This document shows, one piece after another, positions 31,225-44,792 of a DNA stretch of 64,000 bases (within the stretch, counting starts at the first letter, position 1; each line of letters opens with the position of its first letter). A model generated the notes under the pieces. The model searched no databases. It had not been told where the DNA came from and worked only from the letters and a program-made list of their open reading frames with translations. A program made the translations under genes and the position numbers. The stretch is from positions 11,036,001 to 11,100,000 of the forward strand of contig OZ024751.1 in assembly GCA_964016885.1 (NCBI GenBank). Direction: 5' to 3'. The stretch comes from Eledone cirrhosa. Taxonomy: Eukaryota.

Positions 31225-32348
31225 CATCATCACCATCACCATTGTCTAATCATCATCATCATCATCAACATTGTTCAATCATCATCATCATCACCATTGC
31301 ATTCACGATCATCATCACCATCACCATTGTCCAATCATCATCATCATCATCATCACCATTGCATTCACGATCATCATCATCATCATCATCATCATCACCA
31401 TTGCATTCACGATCATCATCATCATCATCATCACCATTGTCCAATCATCATCATCATCACCATCACCATTGTCTCATCATCATCACCATTGTCCAATCAT
31501 GATCATCATCATCACCATTGTCCAATCATTATCATCATCATCATCATCATTGTCCAATCATCATCATCACCATTGTCCAATCATTATCATCATCACCATC
31601 ATCATCATCACCATTGTCCAATCATCATCATCATCATCATTGGCCAATCATTATCATCATCACCATTGGCCAATCATTATCATCATCACCATCATCATCA
31701 TCACCATTGTCCAATCATTATCATCATCACCATCATCATCATCACCATTGGCCAATCATTATCATCATCACCATTGGCCAATCATTATCATCATCACCAT
31801 CATCATTGTCCAATCATCATCATCATCACCATTGTCCAATCATTATCACCATCACCATTGTCCAATCATCAACATCATCACCATCATCATCACCATCATC
31901 ATCATCATCATCACCACCATTGTCCAATCATCATCATCATTACCATCACCATTGTCCAATCATCATCATCATCACCATCATCATCACCATCATCATCATC
32001 ATCATCATCATCACCATTGTCCAATCATCATCATCATCATCACCATTGTCCAATCATCATCATCACCATCACCATCATCATCATCATCACCATTGTCCAA
32101 TCAACATCATCACCATTGTCCAATCATCATCATCATCACCATTGTCCAATCATCATCACCATCACCATCATCATCATCACCATTGTCCAATCAACATCAT
32201 CATCACCATTGTCCAATCATCATCATCATTACCATTGTCCAATTATCACCATTGTCCAATCAACATCATCATCACCATTGTCCAATCAACATCATCATCA
32301 CCATTGTCCAATCATCATCACCATCACCATTGTCCAATCACCATCACC
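31225..32348. repeat. (CAT)n + caccattgtccaat minisatellite
   Basis: Dozens of repeated units. Confidence 0.93.
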
Positions 32349-32874
32349 GTACTCTTCACCCCCCCCCCCCCCCCCTACTTCATCTACGTTAACATTATTA
32401 TTAATATTTTTTTCTTTTGTTTTACTTAAATACTTTTAGTAATGGAGAATTGAATTCCTCTTTTTTAACAACTTTATTTTTCTGATAACTATTTCGATGA
32501 TGGTGATGATGATGATGATGATAGCGATGCTGGTGGTGATGGTGATGATAGTAGCGAGGGTGATGATGGGAATGACGATGATGACGATGATGATGTCAAT
32601 AATGTTAATGATGTTGATGGTGATGATTGTTATTATTTTTCCGTTATTGCTAATTTATGTTATTGGGTTCACGGAATTGGCAGAGCATCCTATAAAATAT
32701 CATTGCGTTATTTGATCTGTCTCTTTATATCCATGTATGTATGTACGTGTATATGTATGTCTATATGTATGTCTATATGTATGTGTATATGTATGTCTAT
32801 ATGTATGTGTATATGTATGTCTATATGTATGTGTATATGTATGTCTATATGTATGTGTATATGTATGTATGTCT

Positions 32875-33160
32875 CCATTGAATTGAAGTGCCCTGAGTGT
32901 GGAACAATTTGCTTGAGCAAATCTGGTCTCAGGAGCCACAGTCGCAGTCATATTCAAAGAGAACCCGTGAACTATGATCTCCATGGTATTGTGAAGGTCC
33001 ACAGGAAACCTGATGCCAGACCTCAGGCCAGGGAGATCCATAGTTGTCGTCAGTGTGTGCAGGAGTGCAAGTCTCTAGCAGGCTTGAAAAGCCATACCCG
33101 AGGGTCACATATCTGACAAGCGATTGCAATACTATTAGCAAAGTTTTCAGCCATCATGTA
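32875..33160 (+). mobile_element. RTE-clade LINE 3' end (C-terminal C2H2-like motifs, 3'UTR, repeat tail)
   Basis: CPECGTICLSKSGLRSHSRSH and CRQCVQECKSLAGLKSHTRGSH*, short UTR, then (TGTA/TGTAA)n. Confidence 0.75.
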
Positions 33161-34218
33161 ATGTATGTAATGTATGTATGTATGTAATGTATGTATGTAT
33201 GTATGTAATGTATGTATGTATGTACTGTATGTATGTATGTACTGTATGTATGTATGTAATGTATGTATGTATGTATGTAATGTATGTATGTATGTACTGT
33301 ATGTATGTATGTACTGTATGTATGCATGTAATGTATGTAATGTATGTAATGTATGTATGTATGTAATGTATGTATGTATGTAATGTATGTATGTATGTAC
33401 TGTATGTATGTATGTACTGTATGTATGCATGTAATGTATGTAATGTATGTAATGTATGTATGTAATGTATGTAATGTCTGTATGTAATGTATGTATGTAT
33501 GTAATGTATGTATGTATGTACTGTATGTATGCATGTAATGTATGTAATGTATGTAATGTATGTATGTAATGTATGTATGTATGTACTGTATGTATGTATG
33601 TATGTAATGTATGTATGTATGTACTGTATGTATGTATGTACTGTATGTATGCATGTAATGTATGTAATGTATGTAATGTATGTATGTATGTATGTAATGT
33701 CTGTATGTAATGTATGTATGTATGTAATGTATGTATGTACTGTATGTATGCATGTAATGTATGTAATGTATGTAATGTATGTATGTAATGTATGTATGTA
33801 TGTATGTTATGTATGTATGTATGTATGTATGTATGTATGTATGCATGTAATGTATGTATGTATGTATGTATGTAATGTATGTAATGTATTTATGTATGTA
33901 TGTAATGTATGTATGTATGTATGTATGTAATGTATGTATGTATGTATGTAATGTATGTATGTTATGTATGTATGTAATGTATATATGTATGTATGTATGT
34001 AATGTATGTTATGTATGTATGTAATGTATATATGTATGTATGTATGTAATGTATGTATGTATGTATGTATGTAATGTATGTTATGTATGTATGTAATGTA
34101 TATATGTATGTATGTATGTAATGTATGTATGTATGTATGTATGTAATGTATGTATGTATGTATGTATGTAATGTATGTTATGTATGTATGTAATGTATAT
34201 ATGTATGTATGTATGTAT
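33157..34218. repeat. (TGTA/TGTAA)n microsatellite
   Basis: Direct reading. Confidence 0.95.
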
Positions 34219-34505
34219 ATCAGGTCGCTCTTCACCGCTACTGGTAACATGTAACCCAGTACAACCTGTGCATGGTTGGGTCATCGGCGACTAAACCGGC
34301 AAATCCACCAAGCTTGCTTGGTGAGGAGGGTGATTTGTGACACCCTGCAGGATGAAAAGCCAAACCCGTCAAAGGGCGGACGAACTCAGGAGAGTCAACG
34401 GCCATCCAACAAAACTTTTTTTTTTTTTTTGTGGAGCGAGAGAGTCCTAGTCTTCATTAAGACATCTCTCTAGGAGAAGATCACTCTGATATAAAACCTG
34501 CGACT
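34219..34505 (+). mobile_element. 5' part of RTE-related non-autonomous element
   Basis: Homologous to 63245-63517(-); contains ctaggagaagatcactctgatataaaacc. Confidence 0.65.
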
Positions 34506-34944
34506 CACATTTGCATCCAAAAATGTAGATCAGTTAGTTTTTGGGGTAAATGCATTTTATGTTCAGAGTTTAGGATTGGCCCCATGTAAAGTTTTCCTTA
34601 TTTAAAAAAGCTTCCCTTGATATGGGACAATTTTTTTTTGCGATGTATGGCATTGCTGGCCATAGGCAAGTCCCTAGTAGGATGAAAAACACATCCGTGA
34701 TGCTCGTGCTTCAAGCGATTACATTACTAAAATCGAGTTTTCAGCTATGTATGTATGTATGTGTGTGTGTGTGTGTGTGTGATGTATGTGTGTATGTAGA
34801 TATGTCTGTATGCTTGTTTGTACATGTGTCTCTATGTAAGTTTGCATGTATGTATATACGAACTACAGCGTCTAAGAAAAATTTTTGAACGCCATTGCTA
34901 ACTTCTTTAATCGGCATAAACACTTGATGCTTTGACCAAATTAC

Positions 34945-35014
<70 letters not shown>

Positions 35015-36180
35015 CTGTCTCTCGCTCTTTCTATTTTTCTATCTATCAATCAATATATCTATCTGTCTCTGTCTGTCTCTCTCTCTCTCTCTCTAAATAT
35101 ATATAACACATATATATATATGTGTGTTTATCTGTCTGTATATCTGTCTATATATATCTGTCTAACTATTTATCGATCTATCGATCTATCGATCTATCTG
35201 ATTTCCCCTCAGATTACCAGATTATCTGGCTCTATTTGGCCCCATCCACATCACCACTTTTCCCCTATCCTATCCTATCCCTTACTCATCTCTAAGGAAT
35301 ACAACATCATCATCTATGTGTATTCATACAGGAAACATAAAAATATAACTAAAACTTCATATATTTGTACAGTGGAAAAATTTAAGAGGAAATAGCAGAG
35401 ATGGACAAACAGAAAACAGAAGCAATTTCCTTCCTTGCTTTTGTTTTATCTCCTTCAGTAAATGTTGACCAAAAGTTAATGGTATGATTGTGGCAAGATA
35501 TTTGATCCGTGCACCAACGTACCAGCAATTGGTTTCGCTGTTTAACTGGTTGTAGTCACGTTTTCCGTGTAATCGAGGTAGGTCTGATTCCCTTGGACGG
35601 CTGTTATGAGAGATGTCATGTTTTTAACCTAACATAAACACCGTTAACCTATAACAAAGAAGAGCAAAAAAATAATAAATAAAAATAAAAATAAAAAGTA
35701 AAAAAAATATATATATATACAAAAATTACAATAAATTAATAACAAAAACACAAACAAAGAATACAACAAGTATAAAAGTATTTATTACAATTATAAGGGG
35801 AAGTTATAAAACATTGATTGATTTTGTTTCAGAAAAAATCAAGATGTGACTTTCTCCTTGTGTTGTATTAAACAGATTATTGGCATTGTAATTGTTGTTA
35901 TAGTTGTTGTTGTTGGTGGTGTTGATGGAGTTGGTGGCGGTAGTGGGATGTTATATTTTTAGTAGTGGATTGGCAGAAATGGAAGAGAGGCGGACAAAAA
36001 TGCTTCTCGGTATATCGTGTTGGCTCTTTAAGTTCTGAGTTCAAATACCGCAGTGTAGTGTGCTAAATATAAAAGGACCAACATCTTCTCTTTGGTCTCA
36101 CAATCACCAATCCACATCTTTGTAAGACTCTATGAAAGACCCTCTTTCATCTTAATTATATATAATGTTCCAGTTCAGTG

Positions 36181-36282
36181 ATGGCGCGTGGCATACTGGT
36201 TAGGGTATTTGGCTTACGATCGTAAGATTGTGAGTTCGATTCACAGGAGTTGGTTATGCCCATGAATAAGACACTTCACTGA
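36181..36282 (+). mobile_element. tRNA-derived SINE head (second family)
   Basis: ggcgcgtggcatactggttagggt (A box), gagttcgattc (B box), then aagacacttca. Confidence 0.72.
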
Positions 36283-36429
36283 TTCAATGGATGGATCATA
36301 TTTCTATTAAATGGGTAAACGGACCATAGGAAAAGAAATACGAAAGGATAGATTAGGAATAAATAATATATAAATTATTACGTCTATATATAATTTATTT
36401 ATACATTATCTAGCTATTCGTCTTATATA

Positions 36430-36479
<50 letters not shown>

Positions 36480-36482
<3 letters not shown>

Positions 36483-36675
36483 CGAAGGAAATGTGGTAAG
36501 GAACCAGATGGACCATAACGCACCAAAGTACTCAATACTTAGGGTAGTAGAGTGGGTAATAGGAACAAGTATGACCCCGACGGCAGAGCTCTAGCCGTTT
36601 CGACGGCTAATTCTGGTCCAGAATTAGCCGTCGAAACGGCTTGAGCTCTGCCGTCGGGGTCATACTTGTTCCTAT
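36480..36675. mobile_element. Family B fold-back element
   Basis: Near-perfect ~55-bp arms centred on ctggtccag. Confidence 0.88.
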
Positions 36676-37182
36676 ATATATATATATATACATATATTCA
36701 TTAAAGTTTGGTGGTTCACCACTGTATAGAACTGGTCATTCCGTATAGTTAACCATGATGTATTAGTAGAAAAGCATTCGACGTTATGCAAATCATACAT
36801 CTTTGATGATGAATTCCGTTGGTGGTGAGGGAGTTAATTAGTATTGAGGAAAATGACAGGACTGTTGAAATTCCTTCATCGTTTTATTTCTGCAAACAAT
36901 ATATACATTTCAGGGGCAAGGTTACGTAGAATTCTGACGACATCATCAGGTGTATAATAGTTACATAATAAAGGAATGATGGTAAACACAATCCTCGAGG
37001 TTATATATTCATATTCAGTTTACAACCGTGAGAAAATAGTACACAATACCGAAGTAAAGTTTAAATATTCATTTATTATGGGTAATTAGTGAGTCATGTT
37101 ACAATGGAGTTTCACCCGAGGATCACGTGAGTGCGCAGGTGCAGATCTAGAGTATCAAGACTCTAATTTTAGCCAAAAGAAA

Positions 37183-37277
<95 letters not shown>

Positions 37278-37552
37278 CTACTTTGGGAGGGTCATGTTGC
37301 CAATAAGAAACACACGCACCAGTTGCTTTCACTTCAATTTATTATAATAAATTTATAAATTTAGGAATTTATAAATTTCCGGTTGGTTGGTTGGTTCCAC
37401 AACCAGATGATTGTTTATATATTGTCAAAGTTCTTTCGTCAAACATTCTGTGACCTCTTCAGTGACTGGGGATTCTTTTCTTTGTTTTTGTGCCTCTCCT
37501 TTGTTCTGTCCTACGCCATCTTGTTTTTGTGTGTCATATATATATTTGTGTG

Positions 37553-37614
<62 letters not shown>

Positions 37615-37677
37615 TAGTCTACGGTGTTGAGACAAAGGAGAACACTCATGGGAGTACCCGATGCATGGGGAATGCAG

Positions 37678-38008
37678 TGTTGACTTGTTCTTCTTTTTGG
37701 TAAATATCATCTTGGTTAAGAGAGTGGGACTGGCTTTGTGCAGTACCTTTTCTCACTATAAAAGCTTCACGGCACAGGCATTGCTTTATATCTGGAGATC
37801 TCTCTGCACTTGTCATCACATGTTACCATGGGCCCAGCACTATGTGTCAATAATTGTCACAAGTGTAGTGTTTGTACCAGAGTTTTCAAGTCGCTGGCTG
37901 GACTAAAAGGTCACACTCGTTCAACGCATCGGTAGGAGTTCTCCTACATGGATATAAAGTAGTGGCCATTCTCGAAATCGAGTTGGCAGACACCATATGT
38001 ATGTAATG
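37678..38008 (+). mobile_element. RTE-related non-autonomous element, 3' part
   Basis: Close copy of 62912-63227(-); ends KCSVCTRVFKSLAGLKGHTRSTHR*, UTR and tatgtatgtaatgt tail. Confidence 0.78.
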
Positions 38009-39050
38009 TGGATTTAATTAACTTCGTGTGACCATTTCGGGCGGCAAGCTGTCACATTTCCCTGTTGTGTCGTGGCTGGAGAAGTGGCAATAATATTGTA
38101 ACGAAATATAGCAAAAAACAATTACACTCCCAACAGTAGGAACAACAACAACAATCCTAACATCATCATTATCAACTACGAAAATGCCATCACCACCACC
38201 ACCACCACCACCACCACCACCACCTTCAACTATAACTAAACACTGGCGATATCCAGCAATACTATATCTCATTTTTACACTCACAAACATAAGAACAACA
38301 ACAATCCTAGCATCATCACCATCAATGGCGACAATACCACCACCGCCATCAACAACTTCAACTATAAACCACTGGCGACAATAACACCACCACCGCCGCT
38401 ATCAACAACTTCAACTATAAACCACTGGCGACATCAAACACCATCGTATCTATGTCAGTGATCGGCCACACACACACACACACACACACAGACACACACA
38501 GCTTCCCTCCATACCACAATTTGTCTTTCGTGAACGACAATAATAGCTAGATATTCACTGTTGATCTACTATTGTGATGTGTTTCGTATATCTCAATTGC
38601 TATATACTTAGAGGCTGGCTAACTATCATATATACCAATAGAGGGAACACATAAACCGGATGTAGTTATACTATAGCTGGATGTCATCTAACACCTGGCA
38701 ATCTCTTTCTCTCACACTCTTTCTATCGTAATATTGTTCTACTTACACTCTCACTGTCTTACTTGAGACCTCGCCTTTCTCTTCCTCGTTCTCTGCCTTT
38801 GTCATTAATACCTCGTATCAAGTAGTTTCTCTCATACATATCAAATGTATCGGCTTTGTAATAGGATATGTTAGAAATATATAAATGAATACCTATGTAA
38901 AGAAATATAACTTGTTTACTGTCAGTCATATTGAATATTTGGACCGCCCGTAATGATGTCTTTCTTCTCATCAGATTTTTACCCTGAACGAATGTCTGTA
39001 TATCGACATGTGAATTGATAAACTCTTTCATTGGACTTCTTTCTATTTGA

Positions 39051-39082
<32 letters not shown>

Positions 39083-39279
39083 GAGAGCCGAAACACTCGC
39101 TTCGGGAGGTCTCTTCTCGGAAGACCTTCTGCAGTCCAGCTCTCTTGAGAGTTTCTTATCTCTATGTGTGTATATATATATATATATATATGTAAAAGGT
39201 AAACAGAAATAACAACACAATCGGTACAGTATATGGAAGGAATATATTAGGTTAACGCTTGAAACAAAAGGAAAAAGGT

Positions 39280-39316
39280 CTCAACGTTTCGGACGCTAGT
39301 CCTTCACCAGATAAAA
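39280..39316 (-). ncRNA. Degenerate minimal hammerhead motif
   Basis: - strand CTGgTGA-aggac(tagc)gtcc-GAAA-cgtt. Confidence 0.4.
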
Positions 39317-39403
39317 GAATGATAAATACGATAGATTGAAGGGACGGGCGGGTGGAATTGGAAAAAAATGTCTTTAGATAAAATTAACAGGTCCATTCAT
39401 GTG

Positions 39404-39449
<46 letters not shown>

Positions 39450-39453
<4 letters not shown>

Positions 39454-40010
39454 AAATGAAGTAATTCCATCGAAAAAGTCCAGGAAAAAAGAGTGCTCTA
39501 TGTAGGCAACAGAGCTAAATTATTATTATTATGTAATAAACAACATAAGGCAATTATTCCATTTACCAGTGGTTTCTTAAAAGCAAAAGGTTTTGCTTTC
39601 GATCCTCAGAATGAAAAATCCTGGTTTGTTTATTGAACTTGGATTTTAAAAAACAAAAATACAATCTATATGAAAGTGAGGCTGGAGAAGGGAGAAGGAA
39701 AGGAAAAATAAAATAAAACTACACATGCAAACATACATACATATATACATAATGTATATATGTATGTGTGTGTAAGTATGCTTTTGTGTTTTTTTGTGTG
39801 TGTGTTTGCATGTGTAGTTTTATTTTATTTTTCCTTTCCTTGTCCCTTCTCCAGCCTCACTTTCATATATATTGTATTTTTGTTTTTTAAAATCCAAATT
39901 CAATAAACAAACCAGGATTTTTTCATTCTGAGGATTGAAAGCAAAACCTTTTGCTTTTAAGAAACCACTGGTAAATGGAATAATTGCCTTATGTTGTTTA
40001 TTACATAATA
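39450..40010. mobile_element. Family D PLE fold-back (~210-bp arms) with hammerheads
   Basis: Inverted arms at about 39528-39740 and 39798-40010; the left arm extends about 80 nt further. Confidence 0.88.
39921..39980 (+). ncRNA. Type I hammerhead ribozyme motif (mirror copy at 39557-39616 on -)
   Basis: tttcatt-CTGAGGA-ttgaaagcaaaa(cc)ttttgcttttaa-GAAA-cc(act)gg-TA-aatggaa; GUA cleavage triplet. Confidence 0.85.
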
Positions 40011-40196
40011 ATTGTTTCTACTTTAGGCACAAGGCCAGCAATTACCCAATGCATTACTGGTACTTTATTTTATCGACCCCGTAAGGATGAAAGGCAAAGT
40101 CAACCTCGGCGGGATTTGAACTCAGATCTTAAAGGGACGTAACTATGCTGGAAAGCATGGCGTCCGACCTCTACCGATACTGCCAATCCACCGCCC
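40011..40196 (-). mobile_element. tRNA-derived SINE with 17-bp TSD
   Basis: TSD ttgtttattacataata at 39994-40010 and 40197-40213. Confidence 0.93.
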
Positions 40197-40207
40197 TTGT
40201 TTATTAC

Positions 40208-40418
<211 letters not shown>

Positions 40419-40951
40419 ATCTGTGTGTGAATACTGTCCGAGTATAGCCGTCTGCTGTACGATTTTACAATAAGTGAAACAAAGCCTATAAATGAACGAT
40501 ACAATAAACAAAACACGTTTGTTGATGTTGGAATGCCTTTGATTTCGATCTGATCGCTAGATATATGACCAAAGATAAACAACAATAATAACCTAAATTT
40601 GTTAGCTACACATCGTATTCATTCATTTTTTGTGTAACCCTACATGGTCTCAACAGAAATGGCTACCTAACCGGTACTCATATAAAATTAGAATATGGTG
40701 GAAACTCGAAATCTAGGAAGAATAAGTATGAGCTGGTAATATGCTTTCATTGGTATTTTAAGAGCCAAACATAGTCGCAAACGTAGACAGACAGAATAGT
40801 TTTGAGCACCTCTCTTTCTGACATGTCTAATATCATGACAATAACGTTGTCTCCGAAAGAAACCTACGCTTGCCTGCGATCTGATTGATGCGGGGTGTCC
40901 TTCTATGTCCCTCAACTCCGTATCATATTGAAATAAATATTTTTATTTCAA

Positions 40952-41640
40952 TAATTGTTTCTACATTTGACACAAACCAGCAATTTGGAGAAAATAAAGG
41001 AGGAAGTCGACTAAAACGACCCTGGCGAAAAGTAAAGCTAACATCATTGAGATTTGAACACAGAACGTAAAGAGACGTAACTATATACCGCAAAAACATT
41101 TTGTCCGACGCTTTGCTGACACTGCCATTCCAGCGACCTCGTATTGTTCCGAATCGGGTCCCTGTGACCAACAGATGAAATTATAATACTAATAATGGTT
41201 TCTGATTTAAATGTAGGACACATTTTGGGGGAAAGAGAAAGTCGATTATATCAACTCCAGTGCATTACTGGTACTTTTATTTATCGGCCCTGTAAGGACA
41301 AAAGGCAAAGCTAACCTCGGCTGGATTAAACCGGAACAAATACAACTATGCATTAGTCAGACGCTCAGCCGATACTGATAATCCCCGGCCCTAGTATTGT
41401 CCTGTTTCAGGCCCCTGTGGCCAACAAAAGAAATAATAGTTTCTGATTTAGGCACAAAGCCAAACATTTGGGGGCGGAGGGATTCGATTACATTGGCCGC
41501 AGTGCGTTACTTTATACCATCGACCCGATAAGAATGAAAAAAAAAGCTAACCTTGGCCAGATTAGAACTCAGAAGGTAAAAAACCTTAAATCTATAACGC
41601 AAAGCATTTTGTTCGACGCTCTACCGATACTTGCAACCGC
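40952..41640 (-). mobile_element. Three diverged tRNA-SINE copies separated by LINE-tail-like stubs
   Basis: SINE homology at about 40952-41135, 41196-41385 and 41438-41640; ccctgtg(a/g)ccaaca..gaaat stubs between them. Confidence 0.75.
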
Positions 41641-41967
41641 TAGGATAATATGAAAGGTATTGGATATAAAGTGGAAAGGAGGACACAACGCCATGATACC
41701 AAAGATCACTGGATGTAATAAAATGATGATAATAACGATGGTGATGATGATGATGATGCTATTGAGGATTATGATGATGATGATGACGATGATGATCATG
41801 ATGCTATTGATAGGGAGGTATATAATTAATTACAAATAACCCTGTAGACCTCATAATAATAACAATCCTATATTGTTTTACCAATCTACAATATCTACAG
41901 CATCTACAGAACGTATGATAACCATAACTTATATGAAAATAGCATATATATATATATATGTATAATA

Positions 41968-42250
41968 TATAGTCTATCCAGACAGCCTCCAAAAATAATG
42001 GTCGCATTTTAAAAGGGTACGTCAAAGCTTATTTGTAAAACTGTTATATATTGTATTTTGTCTGATGAAGGCATACCATAATTTAATTTGGTATGCCTGA
42101 AATATGTATAATGAAATACATATGGTTTTATAAATATAGTTTCCATTTATTAATATCGTATATCTACTCCAAATACTTGTCGAGTGCTTTATATCAGTTA
42201 TAAAAATATTTACTTGTTGTATCCCAACAATTTAAATAGAACTTTTGCAT
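41968..42250 (+). mobile_element. Family A pLTR, long form, with intact HHR (42054-42118)
   Basis: IVYPDSLQK* then CTGATGA (42062), perfect stem II aggcatacca/tggtatgcct, GAAA (42099), tatgta-TA. Confidence 0.88.
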
Positions 42251-42447
42251 ATATATATATTATATATATAAATATATATGTTATATATATATATATATTA
42301 TATATTATATATATATTATATATATAAATATATATGTTATATATATATATATATTATATATTATATATATATAATATATATATATATATATTATATATTA
42401 TATATATATATTATATATATATATATTATATATATATATATATCTAT

Positions 42448-42636
42448 CTAAGGCGGGTAAAATTCCCGAGATCCATGGACGAGTTCTCTCCAGCGGTCTC
42501 TGTCCCTCATTATCGCTGACATATCCTGCATCTCCAACAGACCAGTGTCTGTCCTTAGGGCATCAACATATGTTAACCTTGGTCTTCCTCTTCTAGTGTG
42601 TACATGTAGGGGCTCCCAAAGGAGTACTGAGTGCAA
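42448..42636 (-). mobile_element. RTE/RTE-X-like LINE 3' coding end
   Basis: VLLWEPLHVHTRRGRPRLTYVDALRTDTGL...MRDRDRWRELV matches the RGRP..W C-terminus of RTE-clade proteins; embedded in (TA)n. Confidence 0.85.
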
Positions 42637-42700
42637 TATATTATATATATATATATATTATATATATATATATTATATATATATATATATTATATATATA

Positions 42701-42789
<89 letters not shown>

Positions 42790-42842
42790 GGTGTAAACCA
42801 ATATATTTATATAAATATATATATGTAATTCTGTAGGTATGA

Positions 42843-42888
<46 letters not shown>

Positions 42889-43224
42889 ATAATCTTATGG
42901 GTATGTCTGTATCTCTATTTGTGTGTGTGTGTGTGTGAGTGTGTATATGACATAATGGCATATATGAGATAGTGTATATATATATATGACATATTTTTTA
43001 CGAAGTATTTGGTTTCAATCGGGCAATAAGATGAAGCAAGAAGGTCTATTATATTCTGACCTAGAAGTAATGAGACACCAATGATACAAGTGATACTACC
43101 ACTCAGACATTTTAATTGGTGGCTTGATGAATCCTTTTAACGAACATTAACTGGGGAACTGACCTTATATATATATATATATAACATATACATCTATATA
43201 TACGTATATACATGGAAACATTTA

Positions 43225-43256
<32 letters not shown>

Positions 43257-43356
43257 CATGTACAGATACACACACACACATAAACACACATAAACACACA
43301 CATATATATCTATGTATATATGATCTGTATATATGTATGTGAGTATGTATGTATAG

Positions 43357-43426
<70 letters not shown>

Positions 43427-43673
43427 TACACAATTATCAAAGTTATTTTCAAATCATTTTATTGCTTACAATCGTTTCTTCCAAACTTCCGTTTGGAGTC
43501 AGTGGAGCATTAGCAATGTTTGTACATATAATTAACCTCCTATTCAACTGAACATATATATATATTTGTTCAACTGAACACGCACACATATATATGTATA
43601 TATACTATTATTTGATGAAAGTTGGTTGATCAAATAATCTACCGGAGTTTTAATATAATAAATAAGAGAGACG

Positions 43674-44201
<528 letters not shown>

Positions 44202-44435
44202 AAAAGTCAACCAAACAGAATTAATATTGCCAATTACTATATATTTTATGATTGTTTACTAAATAGTAATTCGAAGACTATTAGTTAAAAAAACATATAT
44301 TGACCCATTTGTGAATTATTCCACCTTAATTTACTTTGAGAAAGCATCACCATTTATCATCCCGGGACATATCAATGAATTGAATCATCATGAAGTATTG
44401 TCTATTTATTCTTCATGTTTTTTCTGTTCAACTAA

Positions 44436-44500
44436 TAGCTGTCTGATGAGGTTATAACTGTTGCATAACAGTTATTTATCGAAATATATATAACAACAAC
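44436..44500 (+). ncRNA. Hammerhead motif (further PLE family)
   Basis: CTGATGA (44443), stem II ataactgtt/aacagttat, GAAA (44481), tatata-TA; weak stem I; AATAAA downstream. Confidence 0.65.
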
Positions 44501-44568
44501 TGTATAATGAATAAATGACGTCAAAAACCTGTTGACTTATACTTCATTATTATAATTATAGGCAGGTT

Positions 44569-44782
44569 GTGGATTGGCAGTATCGGTAGAAGGCCGGACG
44601 CCATGCTTTGCAGCATAGAGTTACGGCCCTTTATGATCCGAGTTCAAATCGCGCCGAGGTTAACTTTGCCTTTCATCATTACTGGGTCTATAAAATAAAG
44701 TACCAGTCACGCACTGGGGTCGATTTAATCGACTTTCCCGTCCGACAAAATTGCTGGCCTTGTGCCTATATAAGAAACAATT
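44569..44782 (+). mobile_element. tRNA-derived SINE (longer form)
   Basis: A/B boxes and the family 3' end. Confidence 0.9.
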
Positions 44783-44792
44783 TTTATAATTA

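Noticed and set aside
32875-33116. Host C2H2 zinc-finger gene
   Set aside because: There are no TGEKP linkers; the motif and repeat tail match RTE LINE C-termini.
36895-36958. - strand CTGATGA...GAAAtgtataTA hammerhead
   Set aside because: Stems I and II pair poorly; at best a decayed relic.
40688-40915. Short non-repetitive ORFs (also 6048-6233 and 46119-46500)
   Set aside because: No recognisable domains or convincing splice signals.
43463-43510. - strand hammerhead-like fold (tgct / ccaaac..gtttgg / GAAAcgattgTA agca)
   Set aside because: The core reads CCACTGA, three mismatches from CTGATGA, and only one copy is present.
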